Counted from the whole stretch's first letter, positions 13,640 to 25,713 are shown. The stretch is 59,883 nt of DNA, filler included, from Jimgerdemannia flammicorona (GCA_003990765.1; 3 parts of 3 records of this genome joined end to end with filler, not necessarily neighbours in it); one strand, 5' to 3'. Numbers and translations: made by a program. Notes: generated by a model from the sequence alone, not told the origin.

Positions 13640-13880
13640 CACCTATTTTAAGTTTCTTGTCCGGTGGTAACTTTGTTCAGGACGCGTGACATCTTGTGGC
13701 TTGCGATCGACCATCCCTGCATATGACTACGCCAGGTCATTCTACCTTGGATCTATTTGTCTTCTCGGCGGTTGGTTCTTATTAATAAGTTACTTGCCCG
13801 GTGGAAACCTTGTTTAAGAATCGCGACATCCCGTGGCTTTCGATAGACCATTCCTGCATATGGCTACGTCACGTCATGAA
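13640..13880 (+). promoter_or_regulatory. Tandemly duplicated promoter-proximal block
   Basis: About 13640-13740 aligns to about 13778-13878. Each ends in TGCATATG(A/G)CTACG.CA.GTCAT, also seen at about 6155 and 11811, and TATATA follows at about 13882. Confidence 0.55.
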
Positions 13881-13930
13881 TTATATATAGTTACGGTATG
13901 GGCGGTATTCGGTCCTTTGCCTAACACATC

Positions 13931-16114
13931 ATGAGTTTTTATGACTATTTCTCTGCGTTTATGAATACGGATGGCTTCTTCAACCATGAAGAGGGCAGCC
14001 TGCGCTCATGCAATGCCTCCCTTTCGTCGCTCAAAAGGATCGCCCTCTCGCAGTTAAGCCTTGACGAAGTGCACCGCGGCCACGTCCTCGTCTGCCGTAC
14101 AATCGATAAGCCGTTTAAAATCGTCTCCGTTATGGTGGAGGTTGAGGATCCAATAGTTATCGGCCACGGATGGAGCACGCCTCCGGCGGTTGAGACGGGC
14201 CGCTTGGCTCTCTACAACTTCGCCAATTCTTCAGGGCCCCGATCCGACATGAGCTATTTGATACCAGTAGGGACGGTGCTGCTCATCAAGGAACCCTACT
14301 ACAAGTTAGCATCCGACGGTATACCAACTGTGAGATGCGATAACCCCACCAACGTCGTCATGGTGCCGAATGACGGGGAGGATTACCCCATATTGGCGGG
14401 GTTGCGGTGGGCAGACAGGCTCGGGGTCAGTCCCTTGCAGGCCGTCAGGTGCCAATCTGGACTAAAAATCGAATCTGCTGGTGACTTGCAACGCCGGGGC
14501 AACGAGAATTTAGCTCGAAAAGATTACGACGCGGCGCTTGATTGCTATACGCAGGGTTTGGAACTGGAGCCAAAAAACGTATCTCTGCTCCTAGGCCGCG
14601 CTCGGGCCCACCTTGCTTTGCAGCGGTTCCAGCAAGCGCTGAAGGACTCCAAAGCCGCCGTGAAGATAGACGGCGGCAACGCAGAGACAGAATTACTTCG
14701 TGCCGAGGCCCTATTTGGCATGGGACGGATCGTTGAGTCGTCAGCCATCCTGGAGGAACTGAGTCGATCTGACGCCAGGAACGTCAAGGTCAGAGATCTT
14801 CTCCGCAAAATGCAGAAGCAAATCGGAGAGAACGAGTTTGGCCAGTATGATATGTTGTCTATTTTTCAAGAGGCCAGGTCGACGCCCACTCCATATTTGA
14901 ATCACGCCAACTACGTCGGCCCCGTAAAGGTCATCGAGATACCAGGGAAAGGTCGCAGGATGGTGGCTACAGAAGACATTGAGGAAGGAGCACTACTGCT
15001 CTGTTCCAAAGCCTACGCTGTTGCATTTGGCGGTGAGCTGCATCATGGCGAATCGTCATCTACCTCGTCGCAAACTCATCTCGTCACGAAAATTGCCAAC
15101 AGGATACGGCGAGAACCGCAGACGACGGCCGATGTGTACGAACTCCACTCCGGTTCGACCACGGCGCCCGTTTTCCTCGAACGTCGTGACAACATTGGTG
15201 ATAATGCACAAGTTGATATCGATCGCATCACTAACATCGTACGTGTCAATGCTTTCGTCCCCGACGTGGATCATCTCCCGCGCTCTACCGCTGGTGGCCC
15301 ATTCAGCTCTGGTGACCAAGCCCGACCAAGCAACCCCGGCAAGGGGCTCTGGCTCCTCCCGTCCTTCTTGCAGCACTCTTGCTTTGCCAACGCGCTTCAT
15401 CTCACTATCGGCGATCTTCTATTCGTCCGCGCGATGCGCCATATAACAAAAGACGAAGAGATTTGCATTCCGTTCACGTCGATTCTCGAGCCATACCACA
15501 AGCGACGCCGTTCCCTACAAGACCGCGGGCTTGGCGAGTGCGGATGCCAACTTTGCACCTCGGAGTGTGCGCAACAGCAGTCTATGCGGGACCGTCGCGG
15601 GCAGCTGCTGCACGAGTTTGACAAGATGCGCGGGGTGATTGCGACGGGAGGGCCCGATGTCCTGGCGCGGCTGAATAATCTTGCCACCAATCTTCGCATG
15701 ACATACGCGCGCCCGCAAAAGTGCAAGGCCAGTCGCTCCCGGAAGGGAGTGTCTGAAGGCACCAGGGCCGGCGCAGGGAACCTGCTTCCGCCGAAACAAC
15801 TTCAAATCTCATTAATCGGCCCACTTTCCGCCATGGTTGACCTGCTCTCAGGTTACGGTAGGAAGGAAGAGGCGCTTAAAGTGCTGCTCGAGCTGACGGA
15901 GATCGCGCCGCGGTGCGGGGAAATTGCACATAAACGTGTGGACACAGCCATGAGAATTGCGAGGTTGTATCATTCTTTAGGGAGAGGTGATGAGAGGAAA
16001 AAATGGGTTGACGTTGCCAGAAAGGAATGCGAGGTTATATATGGCACGGATAATGGTGAGAAAGTTTGGGGAGAGGTGTACAAGAAGGACAAAGCGAATT
16101 TTAAAATGGTTTAA
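13931..16114 (+). CDS. TPR + SET domain protein, paralogue 2
   Basis: 727-aa intronless ORF colinear with 6239-8494, with the same SET and post-SET motifs (GKGRRMVAT, PSFLQHSC, EEICIPF, CGCQLC). Confidence 0.9.
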   Translation: MSFYDYFSAFMNTDGFFNHEEGSLRSCNASLSSLKRIALSQLSLDEVHRGHVLVCRTIDKPFKIVSVMVEVEDPIVIGHGWSTPPAVETGRLALYNFANSSGPRSDMSYLIPVGTVLLIKEPYYKLASDGIPTVRCDNPTNVVMVPNDGEDYPILAGLRWADRLGVSPLQAVRCQSGLKIESAGDLQRRGNENLARKDYDAALDCYTQGLELEPKNVSLLLGRARAHLALQRFQQALKDSKAAVKIDGGNAETELLRAEALFGMGRIVESSAILEELSRSDARNVKVRDLLRKMQKQIGENEFGQYDMLSIFQEARSTPTPYLNHANYVGPVKVIEIPGKGRRMVATEDIEEGALLLCSKAYAVAFGGELHHGESSSTSSQTHLVTKIANRIRREPQTTADVYELHSGSTTAPVFLERRDNIGDNAQVDIDRITNIVRVNAFVPDVDHLPRSTAGGPFSSGDQARPSNPGKGLWLLPSFLQHSCFANALHLTIGDLLFVRAMRHITKDEEICIPFTSILEPYHKRRRSLQDRGLGECGCQLCTSECAQQQSMRDRRGQLLHEFDKMRGVIATGGPDVLARLNNLATNLRMTYARPQKCKASRSRKGVSEGTRAGAGNLLPPKQLQISLIGPLSAMVDLLSGYGRKEEALKVLLELTEIAPRCGEIAHKRVDTAMRIARLYHSLGRGDERKKWVDVARKECEVIYGTDNGEKVWGEVYKKDKANFKMV

Positions 16115-16224
16115 AAGTCCATTTTCTACATATTTTGAAATAAAATTTCGCCATCGTGGATGGAGGGCTCCAGCGAGTAAGCTCAATAAATCAATGGTTC
16201 TTTTAACAATTTTCACGATTTGAA

Positions 16225-17000
16225 AATGTGGTAAATTGGTTTTTATTGTGGGTTACAGAACAGAATTCTTAAACCATTTCTTCAAGATTCTTTAGGAAAA
16301 AATATAAGATTTAGCACATCTGAACCACAGCTTACCACTCTCAAGAAAATGGAGAGTAGAAAGAACCTATAAGACTCCCAAGAATATCATTGCTAAGATC
16401 TGTGACAATTATGAAAACTGGGAACACTATTAGTATTATCTGCTCTCTGAGATATATAATTTCAAAGCACCTATTTCATCTCTCCAGAATTGTGATTCAG
16501 AGAAGAAAGTTCTAAAGAAAGCCTATTGTCTAATAGAGATATAGTATGGAAACATATAGATATAGAGATATAGAGATTATATCAAATAAAATAAAAAACT
16601 GAGGATTATATAATTAAGGTACAGAAATTATAATGAAATAATGTAAAAAAGATTTACAATCTACTAGAGATTATCAAATAGAAGATAATTTTCTGATATA
16701 TTAGAATATAGTAGAAGCTTCATAGTAACAAAAACTGAAACCTAAGTAGAAAGTATCTTATATTATATAAGATATAAAAAGAATTATCTTTTGGTTATAA
16801 AAACTCTCAGATATAATCATCCTAACTACTATTTATCAAAACTAACATAAAAAGTATTATAACTTATAAGTAAAGTATAGCTGCAGACTTCAAGATCACT
16901 AGTATTACCTAGTAAGCTATAGTATTCTACTGAGTCTCTAGTTATAGAGAAATCTTTAACAGTATTCAAAGTATTATAAAGACTCACTTATTATAAATTT
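16225..17000 (+). mobile_element. Highly decayed Gypsy integrase relic
   Basis: TTAYHSQENG.VERTYKT..NIIAK..NWE at about 16324-16430 corresponds to TxAYHPQxNGxVER; many TAA/TAG stops. Confidence 0.7.
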
Positions 17001-17641
17001 TATACTTTAGAGTCTATTTATATTATACTGAGTTTTAAAAATACTTTAAACTGAGACAACTACTCAATTAGAAATCAGATATGACTAAAGAGTAGATTGC
17101 TGAATATCATATCTCCTATGTTCAGATTACTATTACCAAGTGAGTTTATAAGTTATTTAAGAATGATGAGCCAGCTTTAGCTTACTTCTGAGAGTAGTTT
17201 CAGAAGACTTCATATAGATAAAGAGATATTATTGAGAAACTATAATTAAGCAGATTATATAGAATAAGAATATACAGCTTATAGAGACTTAGAAGTTTGA
17301 ATAGATGTTTTAAAAATGAGATTATCTATTTAAGAGAAAGTTGTAATGATTAATCTAAATTAGAAAAAATAATTAAGAGAATAAAAATTTGATTATAGTA
17401 TTTAAATCCAATTTCTAGTATTATAGTTAGCAGCTATCTAATCTTAGTATTATACAAATTTTATAATTGTAAAAATCTCTACTTATAAGAAACTCATAAT
17501 TATAAAAACTCTATAGATATAAGAATCTTATAGTTATAAAAGATAACTTATAGAAAATAAAGTTCTAACATTACTACTAAATGAATAAAAATAGTTCAAA
17601 AGTAATAAAATAATGAAACTAATATGTCTGTAGACAGATAT

Positions 17642-17888
17642 ACTTCAATCTTATCTCTCTATATCTAAAGAACTCTGAGAAGTCAAAAAAGATCAAATAT
17701 TTAAAATAATAAAATCCACTATTCTTCTCAGATTATATATCTACTATATATATATATTATAATATAGATAAATAATATAATATAGTGAATATATACTAAT
17801 AGAAGTGTGGCAGATTTCTTTATCTTGAATACTTAATCTTCTTTGACTTCTTAGAGTCCTCAGATACAGAGGTGGGTGAGTTTAAAGT
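17642..17888. repeat. Imperfect palindrome with arms of about 110 bp, made of LTR-end-like sequence
   Basis: 17642-17750 is the reverse complement of about 17778-17888, and a related sequence occurs at 23461-23580. Confidence 0.65.
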
Positions 17889-19910
17889 TATTATTATTAT
17901 TATTATTATTATAGTTACTTAGACTTCTATATTTATTACCAACTAGTCTATGATATCCTAATTCAGATTAATCCTTCACCCAATCTCACAGAGAGCACCT
18001 CTCTTCTCTCTATCTCTTCAGAAAGATACTACTCCCTCTGTCACTCCAATCCTCCCCCCACTCTACTTACTATAAGCTCCTAATGAAGACTCTCTCTATA
18101 TCTCTATCCCTGCCACCATCTATTCAAAAGCTCTAATACTAAATACTCCCACCTTATCACCTATACTCTAAGTGCCAACCACCAGCTATCCTCAAAAATA
18201 TATAGCCAATATCCTGCCAGCTTAACTCAAACAGTCAGAGCCCACTCAACTATCAACTACTCATTATCAACTCCCCCTACCAGCCTTACCCAGAGGGCAG
18301 CTCACCTCTTCTCCACTATCTGCTAAGGAGAGCACACTCTCAGTCAGCCTTCAATTATCCTTCAGAAGTCCCTCAATATCTCACACTCTCCTAGTCAGTA
18401 TTCAGGAGTCTGAACTATTCTCTTCTTCTGTCTAATATAGAAACACTCTTTGTACTTCAAGGTACCTCCTTCTTTCAGATACTTCAACTGAAAGTTCAAC
18501 ATCATATTATACTATGAAAGCCTCTACCATACTACTCAGAACTTGGGTGAAAGTCATTATACCACTAACTTGCTCTATGATCAGATACTAGCCCAGTCTC
18601 TTCTTTATCAATTTCCACTACCTGTTAAGCCTCTGACCACAAATCTCCCCCTTGCTCTTAAAGATACAATACTCTATATTATCCTTAAGACAAAAATCAT
18701 CCACTAGTATACTTCTCAGTAGAAGTTAGTCTCATCTTCATATCTGAGGTCTCTAGTCTTCTTCTCCCATATCACTATATCAGTAGAGATCAAAATGATG
18801 GACCACATCAACTACTCTCCATCAGAAGTCCCTAAATTGCATCCTCTGGCTCTTCTCCAGTACTACTAGAGTGAGCAAATTATCAGATATATCTTTGGGA
18901 GAGAACTGCACCTCCCACACCCTCTGTATAAGGAAAACTCACTCTTGACCCCTTAGCTATTGGCTCACTTTAGCCACCATACTCTTGAGTAGTATAAGTG
19001 CTTGGTAAAGTCTATCAGACTAATGCCTCTCTGGCTCATCAGTAATATCAATACCTCCTATCCAATCTTACTATATTATCTAGTCCAGATCTAGGTCCTA
19101 GCTATCTTCAGAAGTCTCTTGATGACTTATGCTAGATTGTCCAGGTAAATATCCTAGAAACTATAACTTAGACAGTTAATATAAATTCAACACCATTACT
19201 CTCTCTATCAGAAAGATATATCGGCCTCTCCAATCCAGATGATTGTTCTTCCACTCTATCAGCTGCTACTCTCACTATACCCTAAACAATAGAGAGTCAT
19301 ATATTAAGAAATAGATCTCTAGATAGTAAACCACCTCCCCTGCTAGGACAATTGTTCCAATCATATCTCTGCCCAATATTCCACCTCCTAATATAAGAGT
19401 CTTGTACTTGTATCAGTTAAGTTTGGCTCCTGAGCACTCTTCATACCATTTCACTATCTGCCACATCCTTTACAGAGGCCAGCCCAATCACAATATCATC
19501 AGTAAAGACTCCTACTTTCTAATTCACTCCAAGAATATTCAACCCCCCCATTCTGTATCAAATTCTGTCCAATAGAGGCTCTAAGAAGAGAGCATAAAGG
19601 ATTGATAATAGTGAATCTCTCTGCAGCACCCCTCTACTCATAGGGATGAAACCTCTTGTATTTATTTATCATAATAGCTATCTGACTCCCCTCCAACAGA
19701 CTGACTAAGAACTATCAGAATCTCAAGAGAACTCCAACATACTTCAGTACCCCCTCTAGCTATACTTGTCAGACTCTGTTATAAGCTTTTTCCAGATTCA
19801 AAAACACCAGATGACCATTCTCCCCTATAGCTCATGTACTCTCAATAACTCTATATACCCATGCTGTCTTACATATCTCTGATTAAATGGCCACTAATAA
19901 AGTTCTTTTT
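17888..19910 (-). mobile_element. Decayed L1/Tx1-type LINE 3' half with (TAA)n tail
   Basis: The minus strand reads NGHLVFLNLEKAY (RT) and ECF..VQTPEY*LGECE, homologous to the LINE at 54125-59883. The (TTA)n run at 17888-17911 is the likely tail. Confidence 0.85.
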
Positions 19911-20010
19911 NNNNNNNNNNNNNNNNNNNNNNNNNNNNNNNNNNNNNNNNNNNNTTAATTAATTAANNNNNNNNNNNNNNNNNNNNNNNNNNNNNNNNNN
20001 NNNNNNNNNN
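19911..20010. other. Artificial contig linker
   Basis: 44 N + TTAATTAATTAA (stops in all six frames) + 44 N. Confidence 0.97.
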
Positions 20011-20834
20011 AAATATTAAAAAATTAATTTTTTGAAAAAAGTTTTTTATTAAAAATTTATAATAAATATATAGTCAAAAAAAAAAAAATTAAAAATTAAA
20101 AATTTTTGCAGGCAAATTTATCTGCAAAAATGAATAGCCAATCAGTTAATAGTAAGATCAGTATTTCTTCTATATATTTAATATTTATTTTGGTTGATTA
20201 GCTTATTGATTATTACTTATATTTTTCTATTTTAGAGAATTTAGCTAATTTTTACATAAATACTAGTAAAATTAGTTAGTATATTCTAATATTTTATTAA
20301 TTATTTATTATTTCAATAATATCTATTTTATCTGAATATATTTTTTTTATTACTAGTGTCATATAGTAGTCACTAAGTCCTTCAAATATATCAGATTCTC
20401 TTCAAGGTATATCTCTTAGACTAACTATAAGTTTGTTATAAGCAAGTTCTTATTGAAGTGTCTTCTCAAAGTCTTATAGTCCTCAAACTTCTTATTTTTA
20501 AACTATCTTGTTATCTTTTAGATTGTTTGTATAGAATTGAGTATAAGTAAACTAGAACTGAGTTTATTTTAAAGGAAATAAGAGAGGTATTTATATAAAA
20601 TATAATTCAATGGTTACTAAGTTAAAAAGCTAAATATAAATTCCAATAACTAAATAAAATACTGAAATACAGAAAACTATAGTTATAAGTACAAATTTAA
20701 GTGTCTGTATAAATGGTTGCATAAGTTCAAGATATCAGTAGATTTCAGTAGTATAAAAAAAGAGTACCCAAAGATTCAGGTGTTATAGAAAAAGGATGTC
20801 AGAAGATTTCAGTATTACCAAGAACTTAGAGCAG

Positions 20835-22513
20835 TGACTCCTTTCACTCGGACCAAACAGTTGGCTCTGCATCTAAGCCACCAGGATGGTGAGCTTCTCA
20901 AGTTTTGGAGGCCACAAATATAGGCTCCAAGGAGCACCGATAGGTGTACCTCATCCCTTAGATATAGGAGTCCCGCCTGGTCTTTTCGGCATAGCCATAG
21001 CTTCTAGTTTCAGCAAGTTACAAGGATTTCAAGAATTTCAGGGCAAGATGGGCAAAACGACACAGGCAAGATAGGCAACATGGGCAACACGGGTAACACG
21101 GGCAACACAGGCAAGACGGGCAAGATGGGCAAGATGGTAAGATGGGCGACATGGGCAAGATGGGCAAAACTGGCAAAATGACACAGACAAGACGGGCAAG
21201 ACGGGCAAGATGGGCAAGACGGGCAAAACGGGCAAAATGGGCAAGATGGGTAACATGGGCAAGACGGCAAGATGGGTGACATGGGCAAGATGGGTGACAT
21301 GGATAAGATGGGCAAAACGGGCAAAACAACATAGGCAAGACCAGCAAAACAGGCAAGATGGGCAACATGGGCAAGATGGCAAGATGGGCGACATGGGCAA
21401 GATGGGCAAAATGGATAAAATGACAGGGCAAGACTGGCAAAGTGGGCAAGATGGGCAACACGGACAAGACAAGACGGGCAACATGGGTAAGATGGGCAAA
21501 ACAAGCAAAATGACAGGCAAGATGGGCAAGACGGGCAAGATAGGTGAGACGGGCAAGACGGGCAAGACGGGCAAGACAGGCAAGATGGGTAACATGGGCA
21601 AGACAAGTAAGACAGGCAAGACAGCAAGACAGGCGATATGGGCAAGATGGGCAAACCATGCAAAACGATATGGGCAAGACGGGCAAAACAGGCAAAATGG
21701 GCAAGATGGGCAAAATGGGCAAGATGGACAAAACAGGCAAAACAAGCAAGATGGGCATAATGGGCAAGATGGGCATAACAGGCAAAACAGGCAAGATGGG
21801 CAACATGGGCAAAATGGCAAGACGGGCGACATGGGCAAGATGGGCAAAATGGGTAAAATGACATGGGCAAGACCGGCAAAACGGGCAAGATGGACAACAC
21901 AGGCAAGACAAGACAGGTAATATGGGCAAGATGGGCAAAACGGGCAAAACGACAGGTAAGACGGGTAAGACAGGCAAGATGGGCAAGGCAGGTAACATGG
22001 GCATGATGGGCAAGATGGGCAAGATGGCAAGTCAGGCAACATGGGCAAGATGGGCAAAATGGGCAAAATGACACAGGCAAGATGCGGGTAACATGGGCAA
22101 GATGGGCAAGACGGGCAAGACGGTAAGACGGGCGACATGGACAAGATGGGCAAAATGGGAAAAATGACGTGGGCAACTGGGCAACTGGGCAAGATGGGCA
22201 AGATGGGCAAGATGGGGAGGTACTAATAGGGGTAGGCCAGGTGCACTAGATGCCAAGTACTTGAGGTGGTTGGGGCTCACAACCCATACCCACTCTTGGG
22301 TGGGGCAGGCTGGGTAGGAGAATCTAGTTACTCAGGCAGTGAGATCGCAACTCACATCCTAAAGGTGTTTAGATTGTTATTGGTTTGGAAATTGTAGTGT
22401 GAGAGTAGGGTGGGGTGAGATGCAGAATGTGGCTGCTGGTATGGCATGAGGATTTTATATAGTTAATAAATGGGGCTCTGGCCTATAGAGGAAAAAAAAA
22501 AAAAAAAAAAAAA
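20835..22513 (+). mobile_element. Retroposed poly(A) element or retrocopy containing a 9-bp satellite
   Basis: 15-bp direct repeat AAGAACTTAGAGCAG at 20820-20834 and 22514-22528, AATAAA at 22465, A24 at 22492-22515. Confidence 0.85.
21041..22214 (+). repeat. Satellite with unit of about 9 bp (GGGCAAGAT/GGGCAAAAC/AGGCAAGAC)
   Basis: More than 100 tandem units with length variants and a recurring higher-order block GGGCGACATGGGCAAGATGGGCAAAA..AAAATGAC. Confidence 0.95.
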
Positions 22514-23399
22514 AAGAACTTAGAGCAGAATGTTCAGGACTATGGGAGCTTTATCTTCATCACTGCTGAAGGAAATGAGATCTGTCTATTTCATATATAT
22601 CACACAAGATAATGTTATTACCAGTGACATCATCATATTTGGCAACAGTGGGGGCTCTCCAATCTATAATATTCTCTTTTACAAAATAAAGAACAAATGT
22701 GGGATCTTGACCCCCAAGGCAGCCAAAGCTGATCTAGTAGAGGAACTTGCTAAGTAGTTTATCAAGATAACTGCACACCTTAGTGATATTGTTAGAGAAG
22801 TCTGAAGTATCAATAAGAGACCAGTATAAAGATTTGCAATTGCTATAGAAGAATGCAATATCACATACTTTAGATATAGAGAAGAAAGCTACTATATAAA
22901 GAATTATATGACCAAAACAAGATATAAAGCCCAATTAAATAATGCTACTAGAACTAGAGAACAAACTAATACAGTAGTCATTGAGGAGATTGGTGATACT
23001 GATGATGAAGAATACTATGAAGAGTCTGAATTCTACCCTATTACTAAAGATACCAGAACCCAGTCCAAGCCCTATGATAAAAAGAGCAACAGCAAGCCAG
23101 TTAGAAGACCAAAGAAGACCCTAGCTGTTACTATTGTGACAGTACAGCCAAATTTGGAAGAAGGAAATAGGGAATAGATACTTGATTGCACCCAGTCCCA
23201 AAGTAGTATAACTTTATAGTTAGCAGTCCTCAATTTCAACATTGTCTAAATTCTTAGACATTATCCAAATTGAATATCCCGATTTAGTATAGCATTTAGA
23301 CATTGTCCAAATATTTCGACAAAGTCCAAATGACCCATTTATTACTTAGCCACTCTCTCATAGCTAGCAAACTTGTAGTATCTTTGAGTAAATAAACCT

Positions 23400-24020
23400 C
23401 AGATCGAAATAGTTCAAAGCAAGAGATAGCAAAGGAACTAGTAAGCCTGCAGGCAGATATACTTCGAACTCACCCACCCTCCCCTGCAACTCAAAGGACT
23501 CTGAGGAGTCAGAGAAGATCAAGTTTTCAAGATACAGAAATCTGATGTACTTTTAAGAGTAAGCATCCGCTATGTTATAACTTGGTGCCCATTGGCTGGT
23601 GAATCAATCATCACCTCCATTGACAATTTCAAGCAGTATGCTGCTGTAAGGACCCTGACAGCAGCACAGTAAGTAGCCCTCATACCCTTCAGCCTATGAG
23701 GTCCTGCCAGAGCAGCATTCACAGCCACAACCTATGCAGGAAATGATGCCGATGCTATACTGACAGCACAGAAGACCTGGCTCTAAAATACATATTACAC
23801 AGATGAGATCAAGCAAGCCCTGAAGGATCAGCTCAATACAACATACCAAGGAATGAGCAAGGATCTAAACACATTCTATACTAGAATTCGATATCAGATA
23901 ATCCTTGCAGATTATGCTGCTGCTATCCGAGATCAAGTAGCCAAAGCAACCTTCATGAAAGGAGTCTATTCAGAAATAGTCATGGCCATCTGCTCATCAC
24001 CAGAAGAGCTTGATAGATAA
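23400..24020 (+). mobile_element. LTR end, PBS-like TGG and decayed gag
   Basis: ..GTTATAAC TTGGTGCCC at about 23580 precedes SIDNFKQYAA..L*GPARA..YQGMSKDLNTFYTRIR..ATFMKG, which resembles retrotransposon gag. Confidence 0.6.
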
Positions 24021-24509
24021 CTGTCTATTGCTGTATAGGTATATTCTGTCCTAATGGAGGTACCTCTCCTTCAGTAGTATGTATATCCAGGATTGAATTT
24101 ACTGAGATACTCCTTCTTCTCTTTAGCTTAGTCCCTATATAGTTAGGTTTGCTCAGTATCAAAGTAGACAAAATCAGTTGTATATCTGATTTCAGATAGA
24201 CTTAATTCAAAGTCAAGTTCTGGTTTAGTGTTGGTTTCAGGTTTGGGTAGAGCTGTAGCAGAGCCTGCTTTAGGTTCAGAGTTAGGTTGTTGATAAAGGG
24301 TTTCTCTTACTTCTTCCTTAAGAATATGGTAGGCCTTGCTGTTCTGGAATCAGTAGTATAATGCAGTCTTGGTCCTGTTACAGTGAAAGTTAGTAGAGTT
24401 GAGCCACTTGGCTATGGAGGCTTGGGCTTTGTGAGGAACTAAGGCTAGAAAGACTGCTGCTGGTTATCCTAGGTTGCTCAGATTTGTTGAGCTGATAAAA
24501 CTCTTGTTG

Positions 24510-25625
24510 AGAAGAGTAAAGAAGGCTTCTATAAGACCTTCTTCATTTTGACTTGTGGGGTGTAGAGTAAGAAGTTTAGTGAATAGGATTTTGCCTATCT
24601 GCTGATTTAATTGAAGTACTTCTTTCTTTGAATGAAGTTTGTCCCATTTGTTATAGGTATAGAGGTTAAATTGTTCTTGTACATCAGGTTCAATTCTTTC
24701 CAGATTGTCAGATAGTTCAGAATAAATTTCAGTTCAGAGGTTGGGCTTTATACCAACTTGTAGGAATTCTCAGAGAGGTTTGTAGCAGGGTGAGGAAGTA
24801 TCTTGAAGCAGAATTGGATTGTAAATCACTACTACCAAGTTGTTAGAGGGTTACTTATTATGGTAACTATTACATAGTTCTAGAGAGATTTTCTGAAAGT
24901 TCTGGATATTCTGAAAGACTGTTTTCTTAAGGTCAAGATCAATTTCATATGGAGTATATCCTCTATACTTATTGATTTCAAGATTAGATTGATATCTCAA
25001 CCAAAGTCCTTTTCCAGACTAGTTCTGGATATTCAGGATTTTCTGTATTTCAGGAAGTTCAAGAAACTAAGACTAGCTTAGTTGAATTGGCATATCACTA
25101 CAGACAATACCCAATTAGAAAATTTCATGATGGGGTTAGGAGTGAGACCTAACAGAGAGTGGATTTACTTAAGAGTAGTTTGTGGGTTATTAAATAGGTT
25201 TATTCACTATTCATAATATTGCTATACTAGGAGTAGTTGTGTAAAGGGATATTGTGGGGAAGTGTTCAGAAATGTTCTTATATATTCAAGTCTGAGATTC
25301 TGAGGTCTGGAGGAGGGGGTATTTATACTAGTGAGGGGCTATCTGGACTATACTGAATATGGATATAGTACTTAATATCTTGCTGAGTTGGAATGCAGTC
25401 ATATAGTACAAATGTGATCTGACATATTAAGAGATCATCTGGCTGCTGAGTCAGTTTACAGTCATGTCATATAAGACTAATTTAACTATACTATGACTTC
25501 TAAGCTATTTATAGATTTAGATGCTATCTGGTTAGTCTTTGATGACATCACTATTGATAATATTATCTTTAATAAAGTCTGAGAGTTTTTCTGACTTCTG
25601 ACATCATCAGTTTCAAAGGTATTGT
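24510..25625. repeat. Dispersed unclassified repeat, copy 1 (copy 2 at 39998-41095)
   Basis: Colinear, same orientation, with mostly transition differences. Confidence 0.85.
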
Positions 25626-25713
25626 CACCTCTATCTCTTACAAGATTAAGACTATCCTTGGTAGCAGTAGTTGTACAAGAATAACAGGTCTTGGTTCTCT
25701 TTTTTTTTTTGGA

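Noticed and set aside
19955..19966. TTAATTAATTAA as a biological motif
   Set aside because: Standard six-frame-stop assembly spacer embedded in Ns.
21010..22210. Long Cys/Pro/Leu-rich minus-strand ORFs (metallothionein-like)
   Set aside because: By-product of a satellite with no stop codons on that strand; all three frames are open.
21041..22214. Telomeric repeat array
   Set aside because: The unit is heterogeneous, internal and enclosed in a TSD/poly(A) element.
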